Part shown: positions 12,870 through 25,928 of the stretch, piece by piece
How positions within the stretch are numbered: position 1 is the stretch's first letter
How the letters are laid out: each line of letters begins with the position of its first letter
Position numbers and translations under genes: made by a program
Notes under the pieces: generated by a model
Databases searched by the model: none
Seen by the model: the letters and a program-made list of their open reading frames with translations, nothing else
Told to the model about the DNA's origin: nothing
DNA from: the human T2T-CHM13v2.0 reference genome, Homo sapiens
NCBI RefSeq assembly: GCF_009914755.1
Contig: NC_060929.1
Length of the DNA stretch: 64,000 nt
Reading direction: 5' to 3' (one strand)

Positions 12870-13275
12870 AGTCTGGATGTTGCAGACTTAAGTGTCTGCG
12901 CAAGTGTGAGAAATGGGGACTATGGCAAATTGGGGCATATTTGCCTCTTGTAAAAGGAGGTGGCCTTGGCTCAATGTTGCCTGTGGGAATAACAGCCCAT
13001 GTGGCCAGATGGGCCTGTTTTCAAGAAAAGCTTGAAATCTCCCTCCCTCTCTCTCCCTCCTCTCTCTCTCTCTTTTTCTCTCTTCTCTCTATGTCTGTGC
13101 CCACACATGTTCACCCACGAGTATGTGTGGAGAGAGAGAAAAATGAGAAGGGAGAAATAGAGGGAAATCTGATTTTTAACACTGCAACTACTTTTTAAAA
13201 TGTAAACACTATGCAATGCAACACAATGTAGCCGCAGGCAGGTCCGCCCCATAGGCCACCAACTGACAGCTGCTG
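12870..13275 (+). mobile_element. MER102-like hAT element interrupted by a CT/GA-rich block
   Basis: tggccagatgggcctgtttttcaagaaaagcttgaaatc ... ctgatttttaacactgcaacta...ggccaccaactgacagctgctg. Confidence 0.5.
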
Positions 13276-13339
13276 TCGTCTGACATTTCATATAGGCAGA
13301 TACTAAAACAGAGAGCAGTAAATGCTGAGCTAGGAGTGT

Positions 13340-13720
13340 AGGATCCAGGCCTCTTGACCAGAGAGCTTTGTTAAAAGACTCATTTCTATAAAGATCAGTT
13401 ACTACACCCAATTTTCACAATATCCCTTTGAGCAAATTACTTAATCTCTCTGTGTCTGTTTCCTTATGTGCAAAGAATAATAGTGTGTATTTCCTGAGCT
13501 TGTGGTAAAGATGAAAGGTATGAATTCGTGTGAAGCGGTTAGAACCATGGAGTAAGCGTGTGTTGGCTGTCATCATCACTGAGGTAGGTGCTGTCATCAC
13601 CCTCATTTTACATGTGGAGAAACTGATTTCTCAGAGGTTGCCTAACTTGCCGATGATGGTATAGCAATAAATCAGAACGAAGAGTTGAACCCTGGCTGTT
13701 TGACTCTGGTATCAGGGGTA
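13340..13720. mobile_element. Two oppositely oriented MIR fragments
   Basis: gagcaaattacttaatctctctgtgtctgtttccttatgtgcaaa (+) then ggagaaactgatttctcagaggttgcctaacttgcc (-). Confidence 0.65.
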
Positions 13721-15879
13721 TTTTTCTCTGTACCTTCTTGCTATACCACTAGGCTGGTGTTATAAATTCAAGATAAGAAAAACAAAAGCCAGGTATTTTT
13801 CCCCTGGTAATTATTGTATAGATATATTATCAAGGCCAGAAGTTAAGTCCTGTGTTATTTCTCTCTGCTGTCAGCTAAGTATCATCTGTAATGACGGAAG
13901 GGAAAATGTTACATAGATAATAAAAAATGGTGGATAATAAAAATAATTGCTGCTTGGGCATTCATTATGCAATTTGGGGGGCAGCTAATTTATCTTCCTA
14001 ATTATATTTTGCTTAAGCTGATTTTAAAATTAGTTTGTTTACCCTGAGCACGCACTGATTAACAGCAGAGAGAGGTGGCCCAGAAACATCTTGGGTGGTA
14101 GAGGGAAGATATTTTGAGATTCAGGGGAATTTCTGTGGATAATGTTCATGTAGCTATGGGAAGGTAGAAGGCTGATAGGTTGTTGGTGCTCTGAGTGTAA
14201 TTAACTATTGTGATTTGTTGTTGGGAGAATTTAAATATAAGGCCCTAGATTGCAGACTCAGAGAGGGGAATGAACCCCAAGCTCCTTCTTGTTTATTCTT
14301 CAGTGCTGAGGAGAGTTCAGACTGTCAATGTAGGTAGATTGAAAAAGGAGATGGAGAAGGAGAGCTAGCTGGAGGTGACCCCAGGAATTTCCTTTCAATC
14401 GATACCCAAGGACGATTAAGTGCCTATTACGTACTGCTGTCTATTACATACTGTGAATTATGCCCAGAGCTGAGGATGCCAAGATGAATAAGGCCATTGT
14501 CTTACCCTGTGGAACTCCACAATCTAGTAAGGAACAGGCTTATAAACAGAGAGATCACAGCCCAGTAGAATCAGTGTTATCAAGAAAACAGGATCACAGT
14601 GAGAGCAGAGAAGAGAGAAGAGAGGGTGGCTATCACCATAGGGGAGGCAGGAAAGGAAGGAGCTCCACCCCTCACTCTTCCTCTGTTCACCCACTTTCTG
14701 GGTAGTTGGGGGAGGCAGGAATGGGGTGGGGAGGTAAGGGATGGGGTGTAGAAACCCCTTCAGGTTCAGTGTCAGCTGGCTGCTGGCTGTTTCAGCCAGT
14801 GGGAGGTGCTGGGACAGGCTGGAGGATGGGAGAAGAGGAAAGTCAGGGTAGCTCTCCCCTTTCTCTGCCTGGAGTGGCATCTTCAAAATCTTAAAAGCAT
14901 ATGGTCTCTCCCATGAGTCCATTTCCCACTAGACAGGTCCACTGGGGTCCAGCTTCAGCAGGGTGATCATGGCTTCTGAGCTCTGGTGACTTTCTTTAAT
15001 CGCCCCTCCAGCCTCTGGGTGGTAACAGTTTTTTACTGGTGCTAAAAAACTGTCTCACTGTCTCCTGGTTGGTGACTCCATGTTTTCATCCTCTGGAAAA
15101 TCAATCCCATGCATTAAATTCACTCTATTTAAATATAGTGGGTGGCTCTGATGGGTATGAAAGGCTTCCCAGGGTAACTCATACTTGAACTGTTTTTTAA
15201 AGAATAAAAAGATATTTGCTAGGTTGAGACACAGGAAGACTGTGTCTGAAACATACTTGGAGGTGTGAAACACCGGAGTGTGGGGACCCAGAAGGGACAG
15301 ACATCCCAGCAGGTGAGAGCCACTAAAACATTAGAAAGGAAATACATTGTTCAGGTATTTTAGAAAACTCATTTGGCCAGCTCTGCTCTGTATAGATTAG
15401 CAAAGAAAACATGAGGGTGGCTGTGAAGACTAGTTAAGAGACAATCACAACGATTCAGGCTATAAGTCATGAGGCGAACTATATATGCACATAGAGGCGT
15501 GATGGATAAATGTGGATAGAGGACACACTCTAGCTATTATTCTCTTAACTATATCCAAGGAGAAAATATCTTATTTTCCTGGCATACAATAGGTGCTTAA
15601 TAAATGCTTGCTGAATGAATTAGTAATATTCTACTAGCTTAATTTGTGTTATGAAACCTCAGTTCCCCACATGTCTTTCCCTTAACCAAAACTCTGACCT
15701 GTCCCATGGAGTCTGTTGCCTAAGGTCACCAGGTTTCTGCCTCCCTGTTTAGGACAGCATGGGGTCCTCCCACGGGTGCTCTGGCTTCCCAGCCCTGCTC
15801 TAGAGCATCCCTCTCTCTAGTTACTGACTGCCCCTCCTCCATCAGAGCCATTCAATCAGCAGGTATTTACAGACACTTA

Positions 15880-16090
15880 CATACTAATAGCTGGCACTGT
15901 GTGGGACAACTTGCCACTCATTTATCTCGATCCTTGCAACCACCCAGTGAAGGGGCTACCTTTATCCTCATTTTAGAGACAAAGAAGACAGATAGAGGCA
16001 GATAACTTGTCCTGGGTCATGCAGCTAGTAAGTGGCAGAGCTGGAACTCATACCCAGGTGTATGACTCTCAAGCCCAGGTTCTGAGCCAC
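15880..16090 (-). mobile_element. MIR SINE
   Basis: taacttgtcctgggtcatgcagctagtaagtggcagagctggaactc. Confidence 0.8.
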
Positions 16091-17123
16091 TAGGCTAGAT
16101 TGCCTGGTACTGGGTGCTGTATGTAGCTGGAGATATAAAGAAATGGAAGACAACGTGTGGGGAGAGAAAGTGTGAATGCACAAAGAATTAACTCTGATGC
16201 TAAAAATATGTAGTGATTCAAGTCAACAAATGAAAAGCTGCCACAAAGCAGAATGTCGACTGCCAGTATAAATAGGGATAAGGGGAAAGAGAGATCATCC
16301 TAGGCTGGGGTAATCAAGGGAGGCTTAAGGAAGTAGGTAGTATTTAACCTGTGGCTTTCCTGCTAGTTAAGGAGACATGCTGAATTCTTCTAAAACAATG
16401 CAAGAGCAACTGGGAGGTCACTAGCAGGCCAGTGCAAATTGCAGCAGGAAATTAAAGAAGGGAGAGATTTGTATAAACTGGAGAAGGACATCTGGTTGAT
16501 TCTGGAGCTCTGAGTGCCTGTGGATGGAGCCTGGGTAGGTGGCCTGTGGGTGGAATACCTTCTACCAACTTTGCACAACCACCTGTAGCCGACTCTTTTC
16601 ACACATGCACGTTCCTAGGTTGAAATAGGCTCCTTCCAGGACTCCAGGTTTTCCTTTGGGTGTGGCCTGTCCTCAGTCTTTCTTCTCACACATCACCTGT
16701 GATCCCGCAGCAGGGAAGACAGATCCCACTACACCTGAGAAAGAGGGACCATCTCTTCCAGTTCTTGGGGATAATAGAATGACAAGCAACACATGAGACT
16801 CAACATCAAGTGTACTTACTTGATGGTATACTCCTTAGGTAACACAGGGAAATGGCCCGGTGACTCCAGGAGGGAGTCAGGGAGCCTGAGCATGCAGGTG
16901 AGAGAATGCCTCCTTGCCCTCTGTGGTAACATCTCTATCTTTTAAGCATATCCATCATTCCTTCCCTTGTGGGGACTCCTGCCCTACTCTATGTGGTCTC
17001 AATGGGACTTGATTGACTATGTCGCCCTCTACCATAGGGGCAAGGATATATAACCCAGCTGGCCAATCAGACTACTCCATCCTCCTGGCCATAGCGATTG
17101 AGCCAAGCCTGGTGAATAGGTAG

Positions 17124-17589
17124 TGTGATGGTTAATACTGAGTGTCAACTTAATTGGATTGAAGGATACAAGTATTGATTCTGGGTGTGTCTGTGAGGGT
17201 GTTGCCAAAAGAGATTATAATTTGAGTCGGTGGGCTGCGGGAGGCAGATCCACCCTTAATCTGGTGGGCACAATCTAATCAGCTGCCAGCAGATATAAAG
17301 CAGGCAGAAAAAACGTGAAAAGGAGAGACAGGCCTAGTTTTCCAGCCTACATCTTTCTCCTGTGCTGGATGCTTCCTGCCTTTGAACCTTATACTCCAAG
17401 TTCTTCAGTTTTGGGACTTGGACTGGCTCTCCCTACTCATTAGCTTACAGACAACCTACTGTGGGACCTTGTGATCATGTAAGTTAATATGTAATCAACT
17501 CCCGTTCATATATGTATTTGGGTTGGGGATTGGTGCGTTTGCATATATCATATTAGTTCTGTCCCTCTAGGAGAACCTTGATTACTACA
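17124..17589 (+). mobile_element. MLT2A (MLT2A2-like, ERVL) solo LTR, intact ends
   Basis: tgtgatggttaatactgagtgtcaactt...ttctgtccctctaggagaaccttgattactaca; TG...CA termini and perfect 5-bp TSD ggtag (17119-17123, 17590-17594). Confidence 0.92.
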
Positions 17590-18196
17590 GGTAGCCCCTG
17601 CTCTCCAGCAGTGCTAGTCTTGAACTGCAGGAGAGCACCACTTAACAATGGCAGGGCCCCATGTGAGCCCACACTGGCTAATGTGCTGCAGTTGTTCAGG
17701 ATTTAGCCTGGAGCCTGCCTAGGATATGAAGGGTTGGTCTCCTCTGGTCTTTTGAAGGGTGCATATCCAGAGACTCTCAGTTGATTCTTGGTTGCTTTGG
17801 AGATTTGGGGTCTTTCAGTGCTAGACTGGTTTACCCTGATTAAGATTAAATTTTACTTCCCAGGACAGAAGCACATAATGGTTACATTTAAAGTTAAGGT
17901 TATATTTTGCTTTCTGGAACACAGACACATAACAGAGGCATAAACCTATGGATCTTTGCACCAGAGGTGATTTGAAGAGGGAATGCAGGCATGCCCACCC
18001 CTAGCCCCTTCATCTAGGCATCCTGTTAAAGCAAAAGGAGTTTGCATATATACTGACAAGTTTTCTTCCAAGAATATTGTACCAATTTACATTCCTACTA
18101 AAGAGCTGAAAGTGCCTTTTTCTCTCTGCCTTCCCAAAGCACCAAGCCCAGGTGTTTAAGTTTAAAAAAATAATCAATTTTATAAATAATAAATTA

Positions 18197-18422
18197 TAGT
18201 AATCTCTCAGCATGCATTGGGGATTGGTTCCAGGATGCCCGCTATACCAAAATCTGCACGTACTCGAGTCCCACAGTCGACCCTGCAGAATCCACAGACA
18301 GGAAAATTTGGCTGTTAGGTTTCGCATCCCATGAATACTGTATTTTCAATCTATGGTTGGAAAAAATCCACGTGTAAGTGGAACTGCACAGTCCAAACCC
18401 ATGCTGTTCAAGGGTTAACTGT
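18197..18422 (+). mobile_element. MER8-like Tigger MITE
   Basis: ggattggttccaggatgcccgctataccaaaatctgcacgtactcgagtccc...gttcaagggttaactgta. Confidence 0.75.
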
Positions 18423-18564
18423 AGATTGTCGTATACTAATTTGTATTTCCTTGATTTCTAAAGAGTTGGAGTCTTTTTCATATTTATTGTCTGTTTATAT
18501 GTCTTCTTTTATGAATTACTCCTTTGGGTGTTTTACAATTATTTAACGGTATGTATATCTTTTT

Positions 18565-18887
<323 letters not shown>

Positions 18888-18974
18888 TAAGAGTTCTTTG
18901 CATATTACAAACTTATCTGCCTTCTGTGTTGCAAATCTTCTCAGTTTGTCATTTTCTTTGGATGTTTATTATGA

Positions 18975-19890
18975 ATTTTTTCAATGTAATTGCAGTGTAA
19001 TTTATATAATTTACATACAATAAAATGCATCCATTTAAAGTATATAATTCAGTGAGTTTTGATAAATGTGTAACAACATAACCATGACCATAAGGAAGAT
19101 ATAGAATATTTCTGTCACCTCCAAAAGTTCTCTTGTGCCATTTTATATGGATCTAATTTCCATAATTTTAGGTTACTTTTTTCCTATTCTTGGATTTCAT
19201 ATAAATGAAATAATATAATACATACTTTTCCACAAAGCATGATTTTGAGGCTCACCCATGCTGTCGTATTAGTAGTTTGTTCCTTTTTATCGTTGTATAG
19301 TTTTCCATTGTATGATTATCATTTTGATTATACATTTGATTATCCATTTGATTTGATTAATTTGATTATCCATTCACCTATTGATGAACAGGAGGTTTGA
19401 TTTGATTTGATTATCCATTCACCTATTGATGAACAGGAGGTTTTTCAGTTTTGGTCTCATGAGTAAGGCTGATATGGACTTCTGAGTACAAATCCTTTTG
19501 TGGACATACATTTTCATTTCTCTTGGGTGAATATCTAGAAGCAGAATTGTTAGGTCATACATAAATATGTATGTATACATATACACATAAGCATATACAT
19601 AATTTTATAAGACACTGGCAAACTCTTAAAAGAAATAGTATCATTTTGTGCTCCCACCAACATTGATGAGCATTTCAGTTGCTCCAAAGGTCTATCAACA
19701 TTTAGTACTATAGTATGTTTAATATTCGCCATTCTAGCAGACTTTTTTTTGGTATTTTCTTGTCAGTTTAATTAGCCTTCCCTGATGACTAATGTTGTTA
19801 AACATCTTTTTATGTGCTTATTGGGTATTTATAGATCTTCTTTTGTTAGGTATCCTTTCAAATGTTTTGATCTTGTTTAATTTTTTTTCT
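18975..19890 (-). mobile_element. L1M 3' end
   Basis: taatttacatacaataaaatgcatccatttaaag...ccctgatgactaatgttgttaaacatctttt. Confidence 0.8.
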
Positions 19891-19899
19891 TTTTTTTTT

Positions 19900-20555
19900 A
19901 GTTTCAAGATATTTTTATGTGAGGAAAATATAATCATGTATGTAGTACATTTCCTAAAAATAAATAAATAAACTCTCCTGGAACTAATAAGTAAATTTAG
20001 CAAGGTTGGAGGATACAAGGCCAATGTATGAGAATCAATTGTTTTTCTATGTATCGCCACAAAAAATTGGAAAATAAAAATTTTTAAATGATTATTTATA
20101 TCTTTAAAAATCTAAACTACTTAGGGATAAATTAAAATAAAATATATCTAAGGCTTATACACTGAAAATTTATAAAATACTACTGAGAGAAATTAAAATA
20201 TATACATCAATGGAGGAATAAATCATGTCCGTGTATTGAATTTAATATTGATGAGATATCAGTTTCCCCTAAGTTCATCTGTAGATTTGACCAATCCCAA
20301 TCGAAACCTCTACAGGCTGTTTTGTAGAAATTGACAAGCTGACTTTAAAATTTATGTTGAAGTAAAAAGCACCTAGAATTGCTAGAAAAAATAAATTGAA
20401 AGGGAAGAACAGAGTTGGAACACTCATACTGATTTCAAGACTTAGAATAAAGCTACAGTAATTAAATAAATGTGGTACTAGGGAAAAAATAGACATATAG
20501 ATAAATGGAACAAAATAGACCTGCACATATACAACCAGTTGATTTTTGACCAAAT
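19900..20555 (+). mobile_element. L1 ORF2 internal fragment, opposite orientation to the adjacent L1 3' end
   Basis: ctcctggaactaataagtaaatttagcaaggttggaggatacaagg...caaccagttgatttttgaccaa (RT to C-terminal region). Confidence 0.8.
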
Positions 20556-22884
20556 AATCTTGATGTTATGTTTGGGTTAATGAGAGTATTCTTCATTTTA
20601 ATATTGAAATCATGTTAACTTAGTGAGAGAATGCAGAAATAGTGGTATTAAAGCTAATGGCAAGCTAGCCCATTACAATCTAATAATCCGTGGCCCTGAT
20701 TTACCAATGGGCAGAGAGAAAATGAACCACTTTTGCAAATCACAGAGATCTAATTTGTAAATTGCCTTTCTCAGGGTACAAGTCTGTAGGTGGCCCCCAA
20801 ATAATTATTAACTATTCACAATAGTTCTTAGTAGTAATTGACTTATTTGAACAAACAATTGGTTCCCATATTTGCTTTAACCAGACTTAAGGACTAAACA
20901 TACTTGACTTCAAATATAGAAGACAGGTTAAAAGGGAGCACTTATCTTACTCTTGGGAAAGCGACATTAAAATGATTTATGTCTTATTTCTCAAAGTAGC
21001 CATTTGCCATTGATTTTACCCATGAGGCGGGCATATAAACACCAAAAGAAAGAACAAACAGTACCTTCTGAATTCAGTTTCGTGATAGAAATGAGGGTCA
21101 GAAATAAAATTATGAGAACCTTTGGGGAACACAGCAATACAAGATGAGAGGGAGTTGGAGAAATGGCTTGCATGGTAATCCCTGCCCTCTCCGAGTAATG
21201 TCTCCCTCCACATTTCTTTTGTCTTTCAGAAGATTTTGCTTTCATTTATTTAAGGGTAGGGTTCTTACATGTGGTGTTCACATATATCAGTTGAAGTAAT
21301 AGACAAGAACACTTTGCAAAGGTTGACATGCTTTATAAATTTAAGGTGTTATTATTGCACTTCTGAAAGTATAATGAAGACTAAAAAAAGGTGGTTATCT
21401 ACTGAAAATCCTTTGGTGATAGTAGGACTTTAAAAAAATCTTCATTTCCCGTCAAATAACCACTATGAACAGTTTGGTACAAATTTTTCCCATCACAGCT
21501 TATAAAACAAAAACCCTCATTACAGGGATATAATAAGGAGTTTCTTTTCCCCAGTTCTTTGGGTCTGGCCCAAGGACTGGGTCGGCAGCTGTTTTGCAAA
21601 AGCTGGCCACTCTCCTTCCCCCTTTTCATAGTCTCTGCCCAATTGGCCAGCAAATTAATAAGGCTTCATGTCATCCAGTGTTTTAGTTAGAAATTAACAA
21701 AGTAAAGTCTCATAAAAAATGTTTAGGAGTTGATGGTATGTAGAGTCACAGTTTAAGAACTCCATATTCTTTACAAGCAGAGTTTCTTCACTATTTCTAG
21801 CTTTCCCCACTGATCAGTTAAACGTGGCCTTGTGACCCCATGGCCTTGTTGTCTTCTTCTTTGTACTCTGCTGTCCCTGTTAAGGACACTGAAGGCCAAC
21901 CTCTAATCTTACTTCCTGGTAAATAAATGGTGCACATGACCAGGATGAAATTCTAAATAGCTCAATGCTATGGAATCAAGTGCCAAGCTAACGTGAGAGT
22001 CCTTGGAAGAAGAAGAGGGAGTGAAGAGCACAGGGGTTGACTTGGTTGACTTGAGGTTAAAATAATTGGCATCACATGCTTCCTGCCCTTGTAAGGCATG
22101 GCGTATTTAAAAACCAATTGGCATTGTGGAACCTATCCTAGCTCTTTTACAAACTAGCCAAGTGGGCAATGGTAGATTAGGTAGCTTCTGAATTGGGGGC
22201 TCCTTTCATTCATCATGGGGATAGTAATGTGTGTGTTGTACCTATCTCTTGGTGTTATTCTAAAAATTGTATGCGATAATAAATGTGATGGGGTTTTATA
22301 AAATATAAAACACTAAGAATTCTTTTAAGGATGATACCTTTTGACCCAGTCACTCTGCAGAAGAAAGAAAAGCCAAGTGTTTTCAAAAGCAGAGGTCAAA
22401 GCTATAGGTTTACTTCTACTTGCTCAGTCCTTTACTCAACTCATTCAGCATATGTCTGTCAAGATCTACAGAACCACTCTTCTCTCACCTTATGGGACCA
22501 AATGGTGAAAAGAGAAGGTAGGCACACTAGCTTCATATCCAAAACAACCCATATGCCCTGCTTCAGAACCCACCCCCAACTCTGGAAGACTCTCAGATTT
22601 CCCAGACTTGCATTGGAGTTAACAGGATTCACCTGGAACAGAAGGTGTTGTCTATGGAAGCATTTGTATATATGTGTGTTGGGGGGAACATGTATCTTTG
22701 TGGTGGGGAAGGGACACAGCAGGAGTGACTTGTGGGGGTCAGAAATTACCCAGGCAAAGCAGCTCTGGGAAGGCACAGGCAGAGCTTTGGGGAAGTTCTG
22801 CATTTCTGTCTCCACATTCATGAAGTTCAATATTGGCACTCATAACTGACTACAAGCCAGGCTCCTGGGCCCACAACAGGTCAA

Positions 22885-23322
22885 AATAGTGGTATATTGA
22901 TACATGCTTAACTGGCTTGGTAGGAGAAAGGGTAGTAAATAAAGCCCTGATTTACAGTGTTAGCCAAATTCTCTGGTGTAAATGCTCCCACCATGTCTGA
23001 GTTCAAGCTACCAGCGTGATGTCACTGAACATGGAGCTGGAAAGAGATGTGCAGTCACACATCATACACAACAGTCTCACCATACAAATCTCAGAGACAA
23101 ATCTCTTCAAGTGCACTGATAAGAGAAAGCGTAATAAAATAATTAGGAAGTGATGGGGTTTAAGTATTGATTACTCTTGTTTTCAATATAATTTATTTAA
23201 TTACTTGCCTGTATAATTTAATTTTTAAAAATGACAGTGTCTAACAACCATCTTGAAAAATTCCTGAAATTTTCACACTCAGCTCTCATGAACCAGTACA
23301 GGCCTGCTTCAGCATAGCACTG
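22885..23322 (-). mobile_element. MER63-like hAT-Blackjack element
   Basis: tggtgtaaatgctcccaccatg...ttcaagctaccagcgtgatgtcactgaac...ctctcatgaaccagtacaggcctgcttcagcatagcactg. Confidence 0.7.
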
Positions 23323-23645
23323 GGTCCAAAGGAAAAGAAGAAAATGCTGAGTGTGTGGGTGGAACATCTAACCTCTTCGGACGTACAAGGCTCCTGCCTA
23401 TGTCATCCTTTCCCCTGGCATGGTAAGTGCCCTAAAATAGGTCTAAGACAGACAATAGGGCTTCTCTAACCAACAACTGCAACAACAACAAAAACAAAAA
23501 CAAAAACAAAAAACAGAAAAACCTTCTCCCTACTGGCATAAAAATTCCATTGTACCTCATGGGCTAAACCATATCCATGTAGCAGATAGATATGGGAAGG
23601 ATTATAGGAAGGGAGAGTTTTGAGGTCTAAGAAAGATAAGAACTT

Positions 23646-23947
<302 letters not shown>

Positions 23948-25920
23948 TTATATCAGAACAGACAAAACATTATCATAGAAGGTTCTGGAAGCCAGCTGTG
24001 GCATTTGGATGCTCAGTGCTTAGGTTGAGGAGAAGCAGAAGAAATGATGGAAGGAAACTCTCTGCACTTCACAATTCTGCCCTGGGCCTGTCCTGGCATA
24101 GTTCTTGAAGAACAACATTTCTTCATGAGATTCTTTCGGTAAAGATAAAAAAAAAAAAAAAAAAAAAACCAACAAAAAAAACCCCACAACCTTCTGTGGT
24201 CAAAGAAACACATCTTCTAAAATAGGTCTCCCAGAATTCAGGCCACCGGGTTGTCTTCGGTACCATAATGGGATACAAAATGAGAAGGGCCTGAGGTCTA
24301 GGCATTACTAAATCCTGCCCCAGTGAGTACACACAGAGAGGAAAATGACCAAATGCCATTTCAATCCATTATCAACCCAATATACTTCTCCTTGAGTGGA
24401 AGCAGAGTTAGAAATCTCATTCTAAAAATAACATTGTGATCTGTGGCCTGGAATAATGACGCCTATCTAAGGCCAGGTTAAAGCATGTGCACGTGTGCAA
24501 GTGTGTGTAGGGTAGGGTGAGAGAATGAACACTCCCTTGTGTGTATATGCAACAGTCATTTTCTTTTCTATTTTTATATATTTTTCTAGGCAGCAGATGC
24601 AACTCTGGAGTGGGGGAAGAGGGCGGGAAGAGAGCCTGTGCTGCTGAGCACCTACCAGGACTTGTCAGGGCCCAGGCACCCTATGAAACACCTTATGTTG
24701 GTTATCCCACACCAAGCTCGCAAACCTCTGAGGTAGGCAACTTTGTCACAGAGAGAGGCTGAGTAACAAGCCCAAAGTCAAACAGCCAAGAAGAGACAGA
24801 ACTGTATTAAACTTATCTACTGGACCCCAAAGACCACTCTTTTCCCTACGGTACAGTACATCCTTCCCTATCCGGACCGGAGTTGGCCACAGAAGTTGGA
24901 TCATCTCCATTCCTGTATACCCGGCACCACATTGGTCCCTAGCACAAAGTAGGGCTGACAAATATTTGTTGAATGTAGTGATTTCAAAACAAAGATTTAA
25001 CATCTGAAAGTTTGCCTGGCAGCATGTGAATTGGGAAGAGACTCCACAACTCTCCTAGATCCTGTGACATGGCTCTAAGTGCCAAGACATTAAACCAGGT
25101 CATAGCAGGCACTAATTCCTGTATTGCATTAACAGTTATTGGTGTATTCATAAGTGTGGCCCTGCTTGTCAACACTCCTCACCATTCTTTGAAGTCAGAT
25201 GCCCCTTAATGATAAGGATGTGTTGGGTTGTACACCAGACCATGTCTATTTTTGGCTTTGGGCCACAGGGGTGCTTAACACTTTGAGAAAAACCCAATAG
25301 AGGAATAGCTAGATTTACAAAGAAAGAACCTGTTGGGGAGTGTTTGCATTACAAAATTATTTACCACAGGGTTTGTTTAAATAGTTCCAAATTTAGATTG
25401 TGTATAGAATATGAATCAAGACACCCTGGCCGATGTGCACAGCACTTTCCAGGGCACGTCGATGCGGAGGGTGCAGTGGAGTCCTTCCACACCTGCCCCT
25501 TCCTGTGCAAGGGGGCACGCGGCTGCTCCCTCCTGCATCCACCTTTCTCCTATCCAGGAAGAGAGATGTCCCCTCAATGTATGCTCAGGAAGTCTGGTGA
25601 AAAGACAAGCTGGCTGCTCCTGAGCAGGAAAATTTGAGTGGAAAAATAGACTTGGAGAAATTGAAGGGATGAGTAGAACGGATTGTGACATCTGCTAGGA
25701 ATGTCACCTCAAACCCAGAAAACACCCAGCCCAGGGAGTGAGGCCCACCCTGCGGGACCGTGTGCCCAGGACTCCTGGGGAGTCTTGAGGGAGAAACACA
25801 GCCCCCACAGCACAGAGCCCCCACCCATTTACACTAGCTGGCTTTCACCACACAAGGGGGTAACATGAGCCAAATGTTTGATGATGAGGAAGTGAAGTGG
25901 AATGTGAGAATCCTCACTGC

Positions 25921-25928
25921 TGACGTCA
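25921..25928. promoter_or_regulatory. Perfect palindromic CRE (TGACGTCA)
   Basis: Exact 8-mer in apparently non-repeat sequence; function unproven. Confidence 0.3.

Noticed and set aside
19315-19445. Repeat-spacer-repeat pattern resembling CRISPR
   Set aside because: Only two copies inside a mammalian L1; simple tandem duplication, no cas genes, eukaryotic DNA.
22331-22849. 172-aa ORF with a 126-aa antisense ORF
   Set aside because: No domain similarity or splice/codon evidence I can recognise; compatible with chance.
24147-24180. Isolated poly-A tract (also poly-T at 1785-1808 and 61980-61999) as retrocopy tails
   Set aside because: No recognisable element body or TSD next to them; treated as simple repeats.
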